Below are positions 1-13,944 of a stretch of DNA of 64,000 bases, one piece after another (the stretch's first letter is position 1; each line of letters begins with the position of its first letter). The notes under the pieces are model-generated. The model was given only the letters and a program-made list of their open reading frames with translations, was not told where the DNA came from and ran no database searches. Position numbers and translations under genes: made by a program. Location: the NCBI RefSeq assembly GCF_009914755.1, contig NC_060938.1. One strand, 5' to 3'. This DNA comes from the human T2T-CHM13v2.0 reference genome, Homo sapiens.

Positions 1-225
<225 letters not shown>

Positions 226-335
226 AAGAGCAGAATTTGCTTCCTATAGCATGGACCTATCAAATTAATAAGCAAAATTTCCAAACCAGAGGAGTAAAAT
301 ATCCTGAAATTAAAGGAAAAAAAATTATCATCATT

Positions 336-547
336 GGGCTCAAGCCATCCTCTCACCATCTCAGCCTCCTGAATAGCTGAAACTACAGGCATGAGCCACC
401 ACGCCTAGATAATTTTTGTATTATTTTCTAGCAAAGGGGTTTCTCCATTTTTGCCCAGGGTGGTCTCAAACTCCTGAGCTCAAACCATCCACCCGCCTCA
501 GCCTCCCAAAATGCTGGGATTACAGGCATGCGCCACTGCGCCCGGCC
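336..547 (-). mobile_element. Alu (AluJ-like), 3' part missing
   Basis: Ends GGGATTACAGGCATGCGCCACTGCGCCCGGCC (reverse complement of the Alu 5' end). Confidence 0.9.
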
Positions 548-1159
548 AGAAAAAATTATTATTCTATTTTTATTCATTTCCCAAATGAGTCATATTCCAC
601 CAAACTATTGCTCTCTATGATTTTCCAAACCAGAATAAATGTATAAGTTCTGGCATCATAGAACATATTAATAATTTTACCTATCACTTTTTAAGTGCTT
701 AGGTAACACAAACACAATTTATAATTTAGGAGATACTGACTGATATGGTTTCAAGCTTAAGTGGAAATTATTATGTCCACATATTTAAATGTTTACTAAG
801 ATTTATCAGAAACTCACATGGCCCAGAAATATACACATACTGAGCAAGAAATGAAAGTAGTCCACAAAATATTATAGTACTTCATTAAAAATAATCTTCC
901 TCAAGGTGTTATTATCCATTCATCAAATATATCGTAATGCATAAGCATGACAAATAATTTATTATGACTGTCTTAAATTAGGATGAAGTTCTTGATGGAT
1001 TAAAGACTTCCAAAACAATGTCCTGAATAGATATCCTGAATAGAAACCAGAAAATTGGCCTTGGGGATTATGGTTCTAAAACCTGGCTTGAGCCTCGTTA
1101 GTAACAAGCACCAGCATAACTAAGATATATATGGATCATTTCAAATTACAAATAGGTCA

Positions 1160-1250
1160 TCAGATCTAATCTCTACAACTATCCATAAGGGTCTACTGAT
1201 GATATTTCTTTTATTGATGAGGAAACTAAAGCTCAGAATTTAATTGATGG
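1160..1250 (-). mobile_element. MIR fragment
   Basis: Core GATGAGGAAACTAAAGCTCAGA. Confidence 0.6.
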
Positions 1251-2896
1251 CTGAAGATTATAGTTTATAAAAGATACTATAATCTAGGGCATCTGACTCA
1301 TATTTTGTAGGTCTTCTAATAAATATCTTGTTGCAGGTAAAATAATGATAGATCACCAGCTGTGACTTGAGGAGCTCTATCATATTTTCCAGCCAATAAA
1401 TGCATCTTCTCTCCCCTGACAGGAGTGCAAAGATCTGCCATTTTGGCCATTTTCTTGAATTCAATCATTAGATACCTTTCAAAATGAAAATGTTAACTTG
1501 GTTGGAGATAATATACGTGAACACTTTTAATACACTTCTTGACATATAAAAGGCATCCAATAAATGCTTGTTATTATTTTTTAATGAATGCATTAACAGT
1601 CGGTCTATTAGTAAGGAGTCATTTGTCAAATTAACTGTCACTTAACAGAGTACAGTCAGAGAGAATAGGACAAAGAGATAAATTTGATTGGGAATAGGGA
1701 AGAAAAAAATGGGTCTGTTCCAAATTGTGCACTGATTCAGAGACACTGGCAGATGGGTTAGTGCAATGCTTTCAATATTGATGTTATTTAAGAGAGAAGG
1801 ATACTGCAGCCACGCTTTATCTTCTTCATAGTTTTTCTTCAGGGCGGTCATCAGGGTCGTTTTTATCCTTTCTTGCTCTCTTCTTTTTAGTATTTGCGTG
1901 CTGACAATCTGCTCTTATTTGCTGGCTCGGTGTTACGGCAAGTGACAATTGGAAGGCACCATTCAAACTTAAAGAAAACATAAGAATCACACCAGCACTA
2001 GGTTGCCAAATCCCAGATCTCCGTTGGCTCGCCTATGATATTTTCAAGGGTTTGAAAATATTGCCTTAAGAAGCTGGATGTGACATCTTGTGTGTATTCA
2101 TCTTTGTCTTTCTTTTCATTCAATGTAGCTACATAAACTTCCGTTAACTCTTTTCAGAAAACATTTTCTAGGGGAAGTTCATAATCAGTCTTCAGCTACG
2201 ATCTCTTTCCTAGCTTCCAATTCCTCACCCCCACTGGCAGGACCATCTGCACTCTCTCTCTTCCTGAGGAAGAGTCCTTTGTGCCAATTCCTTCTCCCTT
2301 TCACACATCTCACTCCATGGAAAGAATGTACAGATATAACTTCGAGCTGGCAGGCAACTTTTAAACACTAGAGTTTATAATAACTCTGGATAATGCCTTC
2401 CAAATCTGATTTATTTCAAATCATTTAAAGCCAAAAGAACTACTGAGTCATGTAAGCCAGAAACCCAAATTTCGCCACATAAAATCTCCTGCAGACTCAA
2501 CTATAGACACAGACTTTATAATAATGAATGCCATGATCATCTCCGGGAAGATTACTGGGTTCTCTCTATCAAGTTCAAGTCAACAAATTCCTTTCCAAAG
2601 GGCTCAGTTCACTAATTTTAGGGATTTACACAGAGAGTGAATATGTTCTCTGACCACTGAAAAATTATCTGCTGTCTCAAATAGTCATATTCTCTCCTCT
2701 TCCTCCTCAAGATCATTTCACCTTTGAACACTTTAAATATTTGTTTATCACAAATACATGTTTACATATAAGTGGGTGCTTATAAAATGTTAAGCTCAAT
2801 GACTTCATATGGAAACTTGAATATTATTCTCAATGACCACCTGGAGTTACAGGGCTATAATGGAAAATGAACAATTTTCAGGTCAAAGAGTCCATT

Positions 2897-3071
2897 CAGA
2901 GACTCTTAAATTTTGACCACACCTTGGAATCATCTCAGAAACTTTTAAAAATGCAAATACTTGGGTCTCTAAGAGATTCTGATTTAACTGGACTAGAGTG
3001 AGGCCTGAGCATCTGAACTTTTACAAGCTTTTTGGGTGATTCTAATATGCGGCCAAGGTTGAGAGCCACTG
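2897..3071. mobile_element. MER5-type hAT-Charlie MITE
   Basis: GATTCTGATTTAACTGG...GGTGATTCTAATATGCGGCCAAGGTTGAGAGCCACTG terminus. Confidence 0.75.
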
Positions 3072-3289
3072 CCCCACAGCAAGGAGCTCTGCCATGTGCC
3101 TTTTGTCAATGATGGACACTGACACATATTAGACTTGTTACATGTTTTTAAAATGTAGAGAATTTAGTATGTGTACCTACTATGGGCCAGCAGCTTATAT
3201 TGCAGTATCTCATTTTATTCTTAAAATAATGCTATAAAGATGCTATTTATTATAATTGCTAACTTTTGCCAAGATGACAAACTAGTAAC

Positions 3290-3530
3290 CACTCATGTCT
3301 ACACAATGAGGCTTGATACAAAAACTCAGAAACAACCAAGCTGGGGAGCTTCCAGGGTGGCAAGCACAACTTTGAGCTGGGGTTTGGGAGGGGGCCACCC
3401 TGACTCCATGAAGACAGAGGTTCCTGGGCTTGAGAAGCTTCCAGATCTTGTCCTCTGCACCTCTTTATGTAGTTGTTCATCATTATAGAGAATGCACACT
3501 TATTATAACAAACTGTAATAGTAAGTATAT
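3290..3530 (+). mobile_element. MER21-like LTR fragment
   Basis: GAGCTTCCAGGGTGG...CCCTGACTCCATG...CTTCCAGATCTTGTCC...AAACTGTAATAGTAAGTAT resembles MER21C. Confidence 0.55.
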
Positions 3531-4139
3531 TAAAAAAAAAAAAACTGTTGGCTGCTTCTCCTCCTAATAAATACTGGAGAAACTCCTGAAGCAAGAGAGA
3601 GCAAGGATCTAAACAATGAACAACATACCTATCAGAAACTCTAGCAGAGTCTGAAAGCTTTTGTGTTCTGGAAGATGTGTGCAAAGACAGTAGGGGCTAT
3701 GATGTAGTCTGGAGCAGAGATGGACAGAGGCAGAGAGGAAGGAGGGTTTAAAGAATATTCAGCTCTGCTGTTACCTTTTCGCCAAACCTGCACCCCCTAC
3801 ACATGCTCAGGAGAAAAACAGTCATTGGTGACAGCATCACCTCAGGAATTGACAGCCACCACAGCCCGCAGAGAAACGGTGGCACAGGACAAACACCCCA
3901 CTGGGATGACGTGTTGATTGATGAATCAGATCTTGGTGGCCAGCTACTCTCAGTCTTGTGTTTCCCCACATCCAAACTTCTAGGGTTAGAAGAAGGCATC
4001 TTAGCACTTTTGAATGCAGAATCTTTTTTGAACTTAAATGTGAATTCCTAACTGGAAGAGACCCTCACTCAGTGGACTGAGAGCAAATGAGTGTTGTCAA
4101 GAGTGGCCCAAGAAGACCATAGCTCAGACCATTTACTTT

Positions 4140-4836
<697 letters not shown>

Positions 4837-5279
4837 CCTTTCTCACCAAAATAAACATAGAAGGATCTTTGGGTCTATTATAATACATAGTTCCAGACTA
4901 TGGTAGATGGTGAATTGATAATCAGCATTAATTCACACCCCCTCATAATTTGCCTTTCTATCCTGCAAAGGCTGGAATACTATGAACCTAAATCAACCAG
5001 ACTTCCAGTAGAATACCTGCTAGTTCATAAGATATGTGTGTGTGCATGCATATGTGTATATCTCTAGACCCCCTATAATCTACACTTACATCTCTCTGCT
5101 GATGCATGTGTGCACAGGTGCATGCACACACACTACTTTTCAGAGTGTGCTCCTCTATTCTCCCACCAGCAGAATTCTAAATCCCTATCATTTGGAAATG
5201 TCCAGTTTTCTAACTTCTGCAAGTCCAGTGAAGGAATTTGAGGGAATCCGGAGATTCATCACTGGAGGAATGGAGACAT

Positions 5280-5500
5280 GAAGTATAGTGGTGGCATTAC
5301 AACAGAATAAAAAGTAGATTTCTACACGCACAACACAGGTAGATCTTTTAAAACATAATATTGAGTGGAAAATATTTTAAAAAGTGAGATATACTGCACA
5401 ATATAATTCATGTAAATTAAAGTTACATGCAAACAAAGCAATAATGTTTTACAAGAACAGATAAAAGTAAAATAATACGCAAAAAAAACCTTTTTAAAAC
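5280..5500 (+). mobile_element. Old L1M 3' fragment
   Basis: CAACACAGGTAGATCTTTTAAAACATAATATTGAGTGGAAAA resembles L1MC/ME 3' ends. Confidence 0.5.
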
Positions 5501-6803
5501 TAGAGTAATGGGGCTAAACAATGGAAATAAAAATGAAATCAGTAAACATAACAAGAAGAACCTTACATGCATCGATGACAATAGTGTCCAATGAGCTGAG
5601 GAAGATGATTCATCCAGTCCTCTGCATCTTAATACCTCCCTCCACAAAACAAAACAAAAAATAAAAACTAACAACTCAAAGGTTAAGTGATTCTCCCTAA
5701 CTTATACAGATAACCAGTGATGAAGGTAAGTTTCGAAGACAGATCTTGTTTTCCAAATTATGGCAAGTAAGAGGCACACCCATGGCACTATGAGAGTTTA
5801 CGTTTATCTTTCGGTTTGCCCATTGGGACTACTGCCTGAGGTGGTAGTTTTATATATAAGCACTCCTGTTTTCTAGAAGAGAGCATAGATATCACCTAAC
5901 AGGTTACACAGTTAGGAATTCAAGCCAAGTTTTTCTGACTTCGAATTTCATGGCTTCTGATGTACAGCATGATCTCAATGAATTCTCCTGCCACTACATC
6001 CACTGTGTAGTTTCATTAGCATTTTATATAAGGTGTGACTTTCCAAGTAGCCACACTGATAATTAAGTCTCCACAGACCTATAGAATTAACATGAGACAC
6101 TAGGCCCCTGTTCGTTCCCTGTTTCCAAGATGTTCACCAATAGCAACCTTTCTTTCTTTCTTTCTTTCTTTTTTTTTTGTATTTCATCTTGGAAGTGAGT
6201 TGCCAACCATGGTTGGAGAAACATTTCTTCTAAATGGTATGGTCTGTCCATACATTTTTGTATGGCCATTAACATTAAAGAGCAGTCAGCTGCATTTAGG
6301 GAGTGTTCAGAGAAGGGTTTGGAGGCACCGATACAGAATCACCCTATTAAATGTGAAATAAAATTTGTTTTTTTCATTACACAAAGAAATAAAAGATCAG
6401 AAGTGATTCAAGGATCTCAGGTGGATTGTGAAGGAAAAAAATAAAAGAATGGGGAAAAATGGCAGGGAAGCAAAAAAAATGTTTAGTACAAAAAAATTTT
6501 TTTTTAATTAAAAGTTGTCTTCAGGGAAATTTAACTACAGAGACCTGAGGGCAGAAATTTTAAAAATAATGTTTTTCTTTCTTAGCTAATTGGTCTGCAT
6601 AACATGACACTCAAGACTTCCAAGTGTTCTCCTGGAAGTCTGGGCAATATATGTTCATGGCATTCCAGCCTTTTGTCATATAAAAGGCAAATTAGGAGGA
6701 GGCATGAGTGAAGGCTGAGCATTAATTCACCATCTATCATAGTCTGCTAATGTACATTATAGTAGACCCAAAGGTCCTTCCATGCTTCCTCTAGTGAGAA
6801 AGG

Positions 6804-6930
6804 CAGTGCCTTCTAATTGTTCTTGGGCCACAGACCCCTTTGGCAACTTGAGAAAGCTTATGGAATCCTTCTCAAGATTTTTTTTAATGCATAAGATAAA
6901 ATTCATATGATTGCTAAGGAAACAAAATAA
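6804..6930. mobile_element. Second Charlie4-type end, inverted relative to 4745-4836
   Basis: GACCCCTTTGGCAACTTGAGAAAGCTTATGGAATCCTTCTC...AATGCATAAGATAAAAT. Confidence 0.7.
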
Positions 6931-7739
6931 GCTCAAGCAACTCATTTGTTTGCAGAACACACACACACACACGTTGCTATTTATGGAAGGGTTGAGAGGC
7001 TTCTAGGAAAGGACTAAAAATCATCTGGGTAAAGGTAATGTCATCTCTTCTCTAATTAATGTGAAAGATGGAGACAATTTCTAAATCTTGAAGGAATAAG
7101 AAGTTTCAATCATGCCAGAAACAGCTGCCTTCATCTGACGTTTAAGGGAGATAGATCCAGAAGGACTTGATTCTACCATCAACTTGCAAAGGATTTTCAA
7201 GGCAATCGATATTACTGTACTTAGGAAAGAAACTAGAATGTTGTAACTTTTATAAGTCTGTCTATTTCATCCTTCCTGATACCTTCTGACCACCAATGCC
7301 CCAGCCTTCCTCTTCCAGCAAAACTTCAGAGTTTTGCTATAAATGTAGAACAGGTTGAATTTTTCCAGTTCTAAAAGGAAGATTACATTTCCATTTCCAA
7401 TGTGATATGTATTCCTTTCTTAGAAGAAAAGGGTCTTTGAAGTAACAGAAAAGATCAAGCAGCCAAACCCAAGGCATAGCAGGATCACACCTTGCCTCTC
7501 CTTCAACTCTTTCAATAATCCAGCAACTATCAAGCTTCACTCATACTCCCAAGAAAATAGGAACAAAAATTATTGAAATAATTAAGTACATAAATACTTA
7601 ATGATTAGTTACTACAGCCAAGACACAGTGCTAGATTCATGAACTATCAAGAGCAATAGGTATATACATAGCTCTTGTCTTAATTGAGACTTGTGTTTGG
7701 CAGATACAATTTGTTTTTAATAAAAACTTTAATGAGTCC

Positions 7740-7960
7740 CTATTTTGTACTATATAGTATGCTAGGTACTCAAGATTATCTATTGTATTTCTCATAACAG
7801 CCCACTGAGATAGATAATACTGATGTGCTTTGCAAATTAACAAAAAAACTATGACTCAGGAAAAACAAGCCATTTCCCAAGATTACAAAACTGATAAGCA
7901 AAAGAGTCTGAATTCCAACAAAGTCTACCTGATTCCAAGTCTCATTTTGTTTTAAGTATG
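7740..7960 (-). mobile_element. MIR
   Basis: CTCATAACAGCCCACTGAGATAG...TTCCCAAGATTACA...CTGATTCCAAG. Confidence 0.6.
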
Positions 7961-8676
7961 ACCAGTTGCTTCTATGAATAGGCCTCTTTTCTTCATTCTG
8001 TTACCTATATTTTGGTTTCCTGACTTTTAGTCAGTAACAATTTATACTGTAAGATTTCTTTTTGTTTTTACTTCATCCAGATATTTCTAACAATGTCTTA
8101 AAACTAGTATCTGAATCCATAAAGCCTTTTAGTAACCACACTTAATTATCTCTCAAACTGTCTTTTCATGGTCCACCCATATATAGGGGCAGTTAGGATA
8201 GCATTTGTGCCTCTTCCATGGAATAGAAAATTTGCTTCCTTCATCCTAGAGATTAAAACAAGACTGGCCATTTGCAGTATTGCATTAGAAACTTGGATAT
8301 TATTTGATTTCCTAAAGAAAATTGATAATCAACTACATGGAGATGTTTTCAAGAGTTTGCTTTGATCTAATAGTTACAACCTGATAATATGATTCTTTTA
8401 GAAATCAAATGTTATTTCTTGCAGAAAACCAGACATATGTCTAAGGATGTTTTTCATGATCTCATCGAAGCCACTCCAATGAGGAAAGAAACAGAGAATG
8501 CTGGTCCTTTTTCATCCAGCATGAGCAATATGAACTTGAATAAAGGTAATGTGCCAAGGATTCAAATAAACACACTTTCTTGTATCTGCCCTACAAATGC
8601 AAAGTTCTCTCCAGGCTTTGAACTTAATCCAGCAGTAGGCAGGACCACCTACTGTTTTCTCTCTTTGTTGACCTAG

Positions 8677-8724
8677 TGGAGATGATTCATGCACTGATCA
8701 AGAAGGAAACAACCATCCGTCAAG
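8677..8724 (+). other. Candidate 48-nt exon
   Basis: ctgttttctctctttgttgacctag|TGGAG...GTCAAG|gtaaga; two open frames. Confidence 0.35.
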
Positions 8725-8979
8725 GTAAGAGCCTTTGGCTGCACCAAACATCAGCGAACCCAGCCAGCATGCTCCCTACATTAAAGTACTCTAGCACATT
8801 AATTTCAAACCTGCACCCTGTAGATATATTCGGAGCAGTCCCAGGCTACTGTTCTACAGACAAATAAATCACATTTAATAGGTACTGTGCAGCATCTAGC
8901 ATTATCCACATATATAATCTATAAAAATTATCATCTTATGGCAAACTTTTCAAACACCCTATACCTTAGGGAGAAAACA

Positions 8980-9120
8980 AACACACACACACACACACAC
9001 ACACAAATATACACACACATGATATTAGTGCTAGTAGAGTTGATATTAATTTGCAGTATTAATTAGTGTTAGTAGTATTAATACACAATATTAGTGCTAG
9101 TGATAGTATTAATACAGTAA
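8980..9120. repeat. (CA)n followed by degenerate ATATTAGTGCTAGT tandem repeat
   Basis: Direct reading. Confidence 0.8.
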
Positions 9121-9159
9121 ATTAAACAGTTTGGAGCATCACTCATTTATCAAGAAACA

Positions 9160-9460
9160 AAATCACAGACAATCAGAGTTGAAAAAGCTTATTTCTTTGT
9201 TGCTTCCTACCCAATTCAGGATCCCCTTTCTGCAACGTTAAAACCCAAAGGTCACTTGGTCTCTGGTTTTACTCTCAAACAATAGCAATAAACCTGTGTT
9301 ATAAGGTCCATTTCATTTTTGGATGAGTCTAATTGTCAGAAATTTCTTCTACATAACCCCAAGACTTATCTTTTACATTTTCTAACCATTCACCCTAATT
9401 AACCCATTAAGTTTATAGAGAAAAATCAAATCTCTCTGTCACATGACAGCATGTCAAATG
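9160..9460 (-). mobile_element. L3/CR1-like relic
   Basis: TTCATTTTTGGATGAGTCTAATTGTCAGAAATTTCTTCT resembles the CR1/L3 3' region. Confidence 0.45.
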
Positions 9461-9684
9461 TGACCATGATTATTACTTTGGCAATTTCTCTGAGTATTTT
9501 CAAGGACTTCCTTAAGGTCACTATTCCTAGAGATTCCAATTACTTTGCTCTTAAACCTACCATTTCTAATAGACTTCCCATTTCCCTCAAAATGTAGCCT
9601 CTTTTATTTTTTTGTATTGTCACCAAGAATATGTAGGATTAGTCTTAGCTTTCTTGAGGCTCTCATCTTTCAGAGTTGGATGAA

Positions 9685-9979
9685 TTTTTTTTTTTTTTAG
9701 ATGGAGTCTCACTCTGTCGCCCAGGTTGGAGTGTAGTGGCACAATCTTGGCTCACTGCAACCTCTGCCTCCCTAGTTCAAGCAATTCTCCTGCCTCAGCC
9801 TCCTGAGTAGCTGGGACTACAGGCGTACTTCACCAGGCCCAGCTAATTTGTGTATTTTCAGTAGAGATGAGTTTTCACCATGTTGGACGGGCTGGTCTCA
9901 AACTCCTGACCTCAAATGATCAGCCCACCTCAGCCTCCCAAAGTGCTGAGATTACAAGCGTAAGCCACTGTGCCCAGCC
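9685..9979 (-). mobile_element. AluS, full length
   Basis: Poly-T, both monomers, degenerate TSD TGGATGAATT/TGGACAAATT. Confidence 0.95.
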
Positions 9980-10014
9980 TGGACAAATTTAAATAGCTCT
10001 AGTAAGAAAATTTT

Positions 10015-10250
10015 TAAAAAACAATTTATTTTAGAAAAATTTCAGACTTACAAAACAGTTGCACAAGTAGTGTAAAGCATTGCATTGTGTTTTTCTCCAG
10101 ATTTCTCCAAATGTTAACAACATAACCAGAGTATAATTTTCAACATCAGGAAATTAACGTTAATGCCATAGTATTATCCATAGACTTTTTATTTCAAATT
10201 CATCTTTTACCCTGCTGTTTCTCATTTCAGATCCAATCTAGGATCATCTA
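10015..10250 (-). mobile_element. L1MC4-like 3' end
   Basis: AATTTCAGACTTACAAAACAGTTGCAC...ATCAGGAAATTAAC...GATCCAATCTAGGATCA. Confidence 0.6.
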
Positions 10251-11429
10251 GGAAATGAGAAATCTCACAGCTCACCAAAAGCCTACAGTGAGTGAGAGTT
10301 ATTTTGTGCATTTCGCCCTATAATTCTACTCTTTACCCTACCCCAAAACAAAAAAGTTCTTCAGAAGTTTTATTTAAGAAAACATCTCTCTGATAAGAGG
10401 AATGAGAAATTAGTTCAGAGCAACTGGCAAAGCCAAGGTGGTAACCATGATAAGCAGCTTTTACGTAAGGAGAAATCAAAGGCTATTTCATGTGAATAAA
10501 GTAAATGTCCCTCAATGCTCCTGGAACTGATTCACAGAGAGGCTGAGATGTTATCATGACTGTGCAGAGGAGCAAGGGAATTTCAAAGAAACCCAAGGCA
10601 TTAATTAAAGCAATTAAAACTTCTCTTTTACCATAACTAAAGGGGAAAGAGCAGCCTTCTCTCTTAGTGTGTGCCTGTCCTTGAGACATTCTTCCACCAA
10701 AACCTACAGAAGGATCAGTACCTCCTCCCTGGATAAGTCAGATGTGCACAGGAATCCAACTCAATGCCTGCGCTCGAAAGTGAAATGTTGAATGCCGGTC
10801 TACATGCAGTTTCCCACAAATTAGCCTACTTACACTCCTTCAAAAGCATTTCTAGTCAAAAAAACTTACATACCCACAAACATACATGAATTCACAAACA
10901 TACACATATACATATCCTGAAGATGCTACCTGTATTTTGTAGGTTAACTTTACAAAAAAAGGGAATAATTAGGATTAACTGAAAGCAGAAAATGGTAAAC
11001 CAACCACTGATTTCACTGAAGAAATTGGAAACAGCTTCTCACTAGCTGGAGAAAAATGTTGTATTGTGAATTCTACTCTTGATCTTGCAGATGACAGGCA
11101 CTATAAGCCCAAAGATGCTGACAATCTAATGGCAGAGATAGATATACAAACATAATTGTAAGACTTTGTGCTAAATGCAGAGATAGAGGTGAGTCCTGGG
11201 TAAGAGAAAGTGGGACCTTGTAAAGGGAGAAGAAACTATAAATTAGAGCAGATATTAAGTATTTATTATGTGGAAAGCAGTTTCGTGACAGCCCCATTTG
11301 TTAGAGGGAAGTTGGACTAAGCACAATTTAGCCAATAACGAGCACTGGTAACCAGTATTTGACTTGTTCTCTTTCTCATTAAGAATGACTTTCTCCTCCT
11401 AGCAAAAACCTATCACAGGCCAGCCTTCC

Positions 11430-11870
11430 TTTTGGGCACAGGCTCTGTCTCCTCTACTTACTCAGGATCCTGCTCCAGCAACTGCTCCCTCTCTTTCCTA
11501 TAGCACAACTTTTCCCTACCTTAGCAGACTATTTTCATTAGCATATATGCAAACCATCATTTTCCCATCTAAAAAATAATAATACCCTCCTCTAACTAAA
11601 GTTTCTTTCATTTACTTCCCAATTTATTTTATTCTTCTTCTCGGAAAAACTCCTGAAAAGAAATATCTATACTTGATTTCAATTTTTCTACTCCTTTTCC
11701 CTCTTAATTATATTCTTAAATATATTCAGGCTATCAACTATCAAGATTACCAGTGGCCTTTATTTTAAATCAGTAGTCAATTTTAAGCTATACATCAGTA
11801 ATTAGAAGAATGCTCAACACAGGGCAGGTGCTCTAGAATTATTCGTTAGGTACATGGATACATGAATGGA
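11430..11870 (+). mobile_element. L2 fragments
   Basis: CTACTTACTCAGGATCCTGCTCCAGCAA...TCAAGATTACCAGTGGCC and a degenerate 3' end. Confidence 0.55.
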
Positions 11871-11985
11871 GGTAACATATAGTCAAGAAGGCCTTTTGAA
11901 ATTATACAACACAGGACTACATATACACAGCGTAAAAAAGTAAGGATAATATTTGCAAAACGTATTTTCAAAAATGCTTAATGCA

Positions 11986-12310
<325 letters not shown>

Positions 12311-12687
12311 CTATCAATTTTTAGGCATGTTGGCATGGAATCTGGATCATGCAATAGTCAAGGAAGTGAAAAAATTACCTTTTGCATTTTAAAAAGCCCA
12401 TGTAAACATCATAAATGTAAAATGCTGTCTTGTAACAATTAAATTATGAATTCATCTTTAGTGTTTTTAGATCCAGGGAGAAGAATATTCAAGAATCTCA
12501 GGCTCACAGAAAAATGAAACACAGAAAGAGGGGGGAAGTGAAGGGTGTGAAAGGGGGTTCTAAAATGGTTGATAGGTAACCATAAAAACAAGAACAATAA
12601 TAACACAACTAACCTCTTGTGAGCATTTAACTATGATTCAGTTACTGCTTTATTCACTTTGTAGTTTTATTCAATCCCATCGCCCAC

Positions 12688-13046
12688 TGCTATGATCTGA
12701 ATGCCCCCAACATTTCATATGCTGAAACTTAATTGCCAATGGATTCAGTCATGAGGGCTCCTTTAATATGGATTAGCAACCCAATAAAAGGGCTAGAAGG
12801 AACTGGCTAGCCCCTTTTTGCCTTTCCATCCCCTCTGCCATGGGGGGATACAGCATTTGTCCCCTCCAGAGGACACAGCATTCCAGGTGAAATCTTGGAA
12901 GCAGAGATCAATCCCTCATGAGACATTGAACCTGCCTGAGCCTTGATCTTGTACTTCCTAGCCTGCCTAACTGTAAAGAATAAATTTTAATTCATAAATT
13001 ATCCAGTCTCTAATATTTTTTATAGCAGCACAAACAGATGAACACA
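12688..13046 (+). mobile_element. MaLR solo LTR (MSTD-like) inserted in a MIR
   Basis: TGCTATG...CA termini, GCCTTGATCTTGTACTTCCTAGCC, AATAAA; TSD CCCAC/CCAAC. Confidence 0.75.
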
Positions 13047-13828
13047 CCAACTCTTTTAAATAATTGTAATTAGTTTCCCTAATTTAGGGATGAACAAACT
13101 GAAGCTCAAAGTTGAAGTTGTCTAAGATCATACAGATTATAAGCACTTAGTACAAGATGGAGCCAGGATATCATCACAAAAGAGTGTGCAGTAAGTCAGA
13201 CTAACAGGACTAACTTAGAGGTCAGAGTCTACCAAAGACACAGAGCATTTCGCATAACCCTCCCATAGGCAGATCTCCAGAAACTCCCTTCAACTTTTTC
13301 TCTGTGATGAGTCAACTAGCTGACTATCAGGACATATGAGTGGCAAATAAATCAAGATGTGATTCACATTATTTATGGCCCTCACCTGATATAGGGCTTA
13401 GTATCCAAAAATGAAAGGCTGTGTCATTAGCCCACATCATTATTATAAAAGATTCCTCTAGCAACACATCTAAAAACAATTAATTAAAGAAAACCAGAGA
13501 ATGCTTTCAACCTCCACAAATTAAATTAATTCATAATTAATAACATAACAGCAATTCACTAGGCTATAATATTTTAAACCAGCAAAGCAGGGTAATAATG
13601 AAATAATCAATTTTATCTCTTATAACAAAGAGACCTTAACACATAGTTTATTTATGTGAAGGAAACATGGTCAGCAACCCATAGGCAGTGAATGTAAGAA
13701 ATAAATTAATCAAAAGGATCCTGAGGAGAGAGATTTTCCTGTTTCAAAATCAAAGGAGTCTTTCTTCCAATGGAATTGACATCTCTATTCTTCAAAATGT
13801 GAATATAGATAAATAATGAATAACTTAC

Positions 13829-13944
13829 CTGCTGATAATCACCATCTATGTTACAGGCACAATTATAGAATTTCTATAGTATAGGATTTAGTGGCGGCAC
13901 AAGCTGTATTGCTGTATAAGTGTAATTTTGGAAGAGCTACTATT
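13829..13944 (-). other. Candidate 116-nt non-coding exon
   Basis: Minus strand: attttatttgcag|AATAG...AGCAG|gtaagt; stops in all three frames. Confidence 0.35.

Noticed and set aside
3259-3684. 141-aa minus-strand ORF
   Set aside because: Spans a MER21-like LTR and a poly-A run; no recognisable domain.
5696-5731. 16-nt plus-strand microexon-like site (ctaac...acag|ATAACCAGTGATGAAG|gtaagt) inside the inverted-repeat spacer
   Set aside because: MIR-derived, branch-like motif too close to the AG, no pyrimidine tract, frameshifting length.
8980-9120. Spaced repeats superficially like a CRISPR array
   Set aside because: Eukaryotic low-complexity minisatellite; no constant repeat with unique spacers and no cas genes.
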